Assembly: GCF_009914755.1 (NCBI RefSeq)
Contig: NC_060930.1
Direction: 5' to 3' (one strand)
Length of the DNA: 64,000 bases
Origin: the human T2T-CHM13v2.0 reference genome, Homo sapiens
Shown one piece after another: positions 57,221-64,000 of this stretch. The position numbers and the translations under genes were made by a program. The notes beneath the pieces were generated by a model that was not told where the DNA came from, did not search any database, and saw only the letters and a program-made list of their open reading frames with translations. How positions within the stretch are numbered: the first letter of the stretch is position 1; every line of letters begins with the position of its first letter.

Positions 57221-57975
57221 AAAAAACTTTTATCGAACACCATACCTAATGGTGAAATATGAAACACTTTCCCTCCAAGATTCAGACCATTACAAGGTAT
57301 TCACTCACACCAATTCTTTTGATATTGTATTAGGAGTACTAGCCCATGCATTTAGGGAAAATAAATAAATAAATAAATAAAAGTTATACAGATTGGAAAG
57401 GGAGAAGTACCAGTGTCTTTTTTCACAGATGACCTGTTTGTGTATGTAGAAAACTAAAGGAATCCTTCCTCACACACACATAAACACTTCTAGAACAGTG
57501 AATTTAGCAAGGTTGCAGGCTATAAAGGCAAAATGCAAAAAACAATTGTACTTCTATTTACTGGCAACAAATAAGTAGAAAACGAAATTTTAAAAGTGCC
57601 ATTTCTAGTAGCATCAACATCTAGGAATAAATTTAACAAAAGATCTGCAGACCTCTACACTGAAATTTGCAAAACATTGCTAAGAAACATTGAAGAAGAC
57701 CTAAATAAATGGAGAGATACATCATGTTCATGGACCAGGAAACTCTATATTATTAAGATACCAGTTCTCTCCAAGTTGATTTATAGATACAAGGAAATTC
57801 CAATCAAAACATAGCAGGTTTTATTTGTAGAAATTGACAAGCTGATTTTAAAATATATATGGAAACGTGTAGACTCTAGAGTAACCAAAATAATCCTGCA
57901 AATAAGAACAAAGTTATAAAGCTTACCCTATCTTGTTTTAAGACTTATTTTAAAATTCCAATACTTAAAATAGTG

Positions 57976-58376
<401 letters not shown>

Positions 58377-58424
58377 TCAATTGATTTTTCAACAAAGACA
58401 CAAATGCAATTCAGTGAGGCAAAA

Positions 58425-58831
58425 TGACATAGTTTGGTTATTTGTCTCCTCCAAATCTCATGTTGAAATGTGATTCCCAGTGTTGGAGGTGGGACCTGGT
58501 GGGAGGAGATTGGATCACGGGGACCAATCCCTCATGAATGACTTAGCACCATCCCCATGGTGATAAGTGAGTTCATGTGAGACCTGGTTGTTTAAAAGCC
58601 TGGGATCTCCCTCCTTTCTTTCTTGCTCCCACTCTCGCCATGTAATGTGCCTGCTCCCACTTTGCCTTCTGCCATGATTGTAAGCTTCCTGAGGCCCTCA
58701 CCAGAAACCGAGCAGATGTTGGTGCCATGCTTGTATGGCCTGCAGAACCATGAGCCGATTAAACCTCTTTTCTTTATAAATTACCCAGTCTCAGGTTTTC
58801 CTTTATAGTAACGCAAAAATGGACTAATGCA
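58425..58831 (+). mobile_element. MSTB LTR
   Basis: tgacatagtttgg..ccaaatctcatgttgaaatgtg...ggactaatgca. Confidence 0.85.
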
Positions 58832-60207
58832 GAAAGGAATGTCTTTTTATCAAATAGTAGCTAGATAACTGAGTATTCATATGAAAAAACTGATCCCTGA
58901 CCTCCACCTCACATATTACACAAAAATTATTTCGAAATGGACCTGAGACCTAAACAAAAATGCTAAAACCATAAATCTAGAAGAAAGTAAAGGTATCTTC
59001 ATATGATAGTCAAGGGTTTCTCAGAATACACACAGACACAGAAAAAAGGGATGAACTCTACCTCATCAAAATTAACATTTTGATGTTAAAATTGACATTA
59101 TTAAAACAATAAAAAAAATTTTACGCTGCATGCATCTGACATAGGACTTATATTCAAAACATATAAAGAATGCTTACAAATCAATAATAAAACTTTTAAA
59201 AGTGGAAAAAGTCTTAGACACTACAGAAAAAAAAAGATAATACAAATGGCCAAAAAGCACGTGGAAAAGTGCTCAACCTCATTAGTTAGTTGGGAAATGT
59301 AAATTAAAGCTATAACGACATACCATTACAGACCCATTTGAATTGCTGAAATTAAAAACATTGACAACATTAAATGTTATTAAAAATGTAAAACAATTGA
59401 AATTCTTATGCACTGCTCGTAGATTATAAAAGGATACAATAATAATATTGGAAAATGCTAGACATTTTTTAAAGATGAAGTATACAGCTGTCCTATAACT
59501 CAACAATTCTAAGTATACCCAAGAGAAATGGAAACATTTGTCCACAAAATTTATACAAAAATGTTCACAGCAGCTTCATTCATAATAGCCCCAAACTGGA
59601 GACAACCCAAATGTCCAGTAACAGACAAATGACTAAACAAATTGTGGTATATTTATGTAATGGAATATTATACAGCAATAAAAAGAAACAAATCACTAAT
59701 ATACTCAACATAGATAACTGTTAAAAACAACATTTTGTACAAAAGAACCTAGACAAAATGAGTACAAACTATATGATTCCATTTGTATGAAATTCTAAAA
59801 AGGCAAAATTAAAATATGATGGTAGACATCAGAACGGTGGTTGCCTCTGTGGGTGAGGAGGTATTGACTACAAATGACAATGAAGGAATTTGAGGGGATG
59901 GTAATGAAAAGATTCTATTTCTTGATTTGGATTTTGGTTATATGGGTGTGCACATTCATCAAAATTCTTTGAACTGTACACTTAAGATCTGTGCATTTTA
60001 CTACTTATAAAATATATCAATAAAGAAAAAAGAAAAATTTAATCAGACGTTTACAACCCAAACACGGCATCTGCAGCTGAATTCAGTGAAATCTGGCACC
60101 ATCTGGTTTATAACTTAAGGCCTACAAGTTTGAATTAATGTAGGTTAATCTTCCAACCAAAGAGGAAAGTTCAGTATAGGATAGCATTTGCTTGGAGGAC
60201 CCAGATC

Positions 60208-60374
60208 TTTCATTCATTCATTCATTTGAGACTGAATCTTGCTCTGTCACCCAGGCTGAAGTGCAGTGGTGTGATCATAGCTCACTGCAGTCTAGAACTC
60301 TGGCCTCAAGCAATCCTCCCACCTTGGCCTCCCAAAACACTGGGATTGCAGGTGTGAGCCACTGTCCCCAGCCT
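60208..60374 (-). mobile_element. Alu monomer (left 5' part joined to right 3' part)
   Basis: TSD cccagatcttt; (TTCA)n tail. Confidence 0.75.
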
Positions 60375-60499
60375 ATGGGCCCAGATCTTTTTTTAAAAGA
60401 GGATTTTCTCAGGACCAGCGAATTCATGTAAGAGAATAAATGCAGAGGACAAGGCTGGAGGAAGGTACAAGTCTGAAATATTTGAAGCTTGTCTGCCTA

Positions 60500-60995
60500 G
60501 TCTCCAGTCTGCCTTCTGATATGCTGTGAGTTGGACCTATTCAGCCCATCCTCCCCACCACCATGAAAGAGATCTTCCTAAGATGCAAATTTGAAATTCA
60601 TGTGGTCTTTCCAGATTCATCTCCAGCCTTTCTTCTCTCCCCCACCCAGACACACATACACACACATCATTCTCAAGTTCTTGCTGTTCTCACATACACC
60701 TCACTCGTTCATGCTTCTTTCTTTGCCTGGAGTCCTTACCCTCTGGTTCACTCTGTCAAACATCTGTCTTTGACACACGCTGTGACCCCCCAGGCAGCTG
60801 TCCCACTCCTCCATGCTCTCTTGTTTAGTCCTTATCGCACTGTCTTGTTGTCTCATGACCTGCCTTAGGTCTTTGCCCTTCTTCAACTCTAGTTACAGGG
60901 CTGGGAATATCTTACACACATTGGCCATGTTGGCGTCTCCAATTTTCCAGCATAGTGCCCAGTTCACAGTAGGTATTTATGGACTGACGATCTGG
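60500..60995 (+). mobile_element. Degraded L2
   Basis: agagatcttcctaagatgcaaat..cagcatagtgcccagttcacagtaggtattt. Confidence 0.55.
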
Positions 60996-61318
60996 ACAGG
61001 GGGTGATGGGGACACATTTACAGTTGTTCTTCCCAGGAACATTAGTAATTTTTAGGAAGACAGAAGAATAATCTCCAGGTGTGTGCAGTAGGTGCATGTA
61101 CCTGTTCAAATGTGAGGATAATCTTTGGGCAGGAGACTCTTGGAGACCCTTTGAATTCACACCAGATTGGTAGGAAAGAGGGGTTCAGAATTCAGTTAAA
61201 ATTAAGTCAGCAAAAACCATGTTGGAAAAGACAGGAAACAGAAGGTAAGGACTGTCTTACCAGTTCAGGGACAACTGACCTCTATAGAGGAGGGAGAGAA
61301 GTCAGAGACCGAGCAAGG

Positions 61319-61693
61319 TGTATTACTCCATTCTCACACTCCTATACATACCTGAGACACGGTAATTTATAAAGAAAAGAGGTTTAATCAGCTCATGGTT
61401 TTTCATGCTGTACAGCCTTCTGATTCTGGAGATGCCTCAGGAAATACAATCACAGTGGAAGGTGAAGGTGAAACAAACGCGTCCCACATGGCTGGAGCAG
61501 GAGGAAGAGATCGAAGGGGGAAGTGCTACACAGTTTCAAACGAACAGATCTCGTGAGAACTCACTATCACGAGAACAGCAAGGGGGAAATCTGTCCCCTC
61601 CACCCAATCACCTCCCACCAGGTCTGTCCCTTAACACTGGGGATTGCAATTCAACATGAGATTTGGGTGGGGACACAGAGCCAAACCATATCA
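61319..61693 (-). mobile_element. MSTA solo LTR
   Basis: TSD caagg at 61314-61318 and 61694-61698. Confidence 0.9.
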
Positions 61694-61728
61694 CAAGGGT
61701 AACTGGTTTTGCTAGCTAAAAGGTAAGA

Positions 61729-62087
61729 TGTCACATCAGTCAGCTCGGGCTGCCATGACAGAATACTATAGACTGGGTGGCTTAAACAGCAGAAATTTAC
61801 TTTCTCACAGTTCTGAAGGCTGGAAACTTCCAAGATTTGGTCTGGCAGAATCCGCTGTCTTCCTGGCTTGAAGATGCCCACCTTTTTGTTGTGTCCCCGA
61901 GGGAAGAGGGGAGAGGGAATGAGCTCCCTGGGGTGTCTTCTTATAAGGGCACCAATCCTGTCAGTTCAGGGCCCTACCCTTATTAATCCTACTTACCTCT
62001 GTAAAGGCCCCATCTCCAAATATAGACGCATGGGGGGTTAGGGCTTCGTGCGAATTTGGAGAAAACACAAATATTCAGTCCACAGCA
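61729..62087 (-). mobile_element. MLT1A0-like LTR
   Basis: gactgggtggcttaaacagcagaaattt..ttataagggcaccaatcc..attcagtcca. Confidence 0.8.
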
Positions 62088-62348
62088 GCTTCATCGTGCA
62101 AACTCAGCAGCAGTTTTTGAAAAAGCTTGTGCAGCAAAGAATGTGCTGAAGAGATACATTTTGATGTTTTAAGTCAACATTTTCATTTCTTTCCCCGATA
62201 CTATATTCTCTCATTTAGATAAACAAAATTTCCTTTTAGGTTTGTATGTTGCTTGTCCAAGCTGGTTTCCTATTGCCTACTAGATAAAATGATGCTATAC
62301 AAGGCTTTAAAATGCCTACCTCTAGGTAGCCAAAACAAAGACGGCTTC

Positions 62349-62997
<649 letters not shown>

Positions 62998-63110
62998 TTA
63001 CTTCTTTTATTCAAATGCAATTTGAATTGTTTGTTTGTCCCTTTGGGGTGAATTTTATTATGACTCTGCAGTCAAACATAGAAATAAACCTATTTTAAGA
63101 AAGTGAACCA

Positions 63111-63531
<421 letters not shown>

Positions 63532-64000
63532 GGTGATGCCTGTTTCTAGTATTTTTATTATTCATGGAACAAAATTATGTTCATCCTTATCCATAAACAA
63601 ATATTACATGACCCAGGAATTCTATGCAAGTGTACAAGTGATGCTATGACTTACCATATTAAGCAACTGCTCTGTGTTGGGCATCTTGACAGCTGCTGGG
63701 CAAGAGGGGAATAAAACTCAGGCCCTGTTCCCAAGAATTTACAGTCTGTTAAGGTGATGGACATCACCTTCCCAGTTCTCCCAGGAGTGGTAAAGGGTTT
63801 GTCCAGTCATCTGCTTTGTCTTACCCAGATGGCTGGTGAGAAACGCAGCCGAGGCCAATGAACAGCTTTGCAGAAGATCTATCCTACAAATAGCACAGCA
63901 CTGAGTATGAAATCTGTGCCAAAAAGAGAAGCAGCCAAGTGGGATGTGATTATTTTAAATAGAAATGAAAGCTCTGTATTCATGCCACTTAAACATTGTT

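Overview
Primate genomic DNA, almost certainly human because it contains an AluYb8-diagnostic segment. It is intergenic or intronic and repeat-dominated. I find no supportable intact protein-coding gene, RNA gene or CpG island; the listed ORFs are Alu-, L1- or LTR-derived or look random. The only recognisable gene-derived element is a full-length, stop-riddled RPS19 processed pseudogene (16682-17200, minus strand) with target-site duplications (TSDs), inserted in an MLT1 LTR. The centre of the window (29506-42406) is one ancient ERV1 (MER4/MER57-group) provirus with both LTRs and a CTCC TSD, which has collected more than 10 nested insertions. I cannot support a new multi-gene system. The most unusual signals are molecular fossils: (1) a ~1.15-kb polyadenylated orphan retrocopy of unknown source inside the provirus (35775-36926); (2) an AluYb8/AluS chimera without TSDs (28559-28878); (3) a double-hairpin templated insertion carrying a 53/53 copy of an Alu 2.1 kb away (17913-18023); (4) a micro duplication-inversion-duplication (37902-38041) and other template-switch scars; (5) a probable L1 insertion-mediated deletion (55132-56355). 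Repeat subfamily names come from my recollection of consensus sequences, not from a search, and boundaries without TSDs are approximate.
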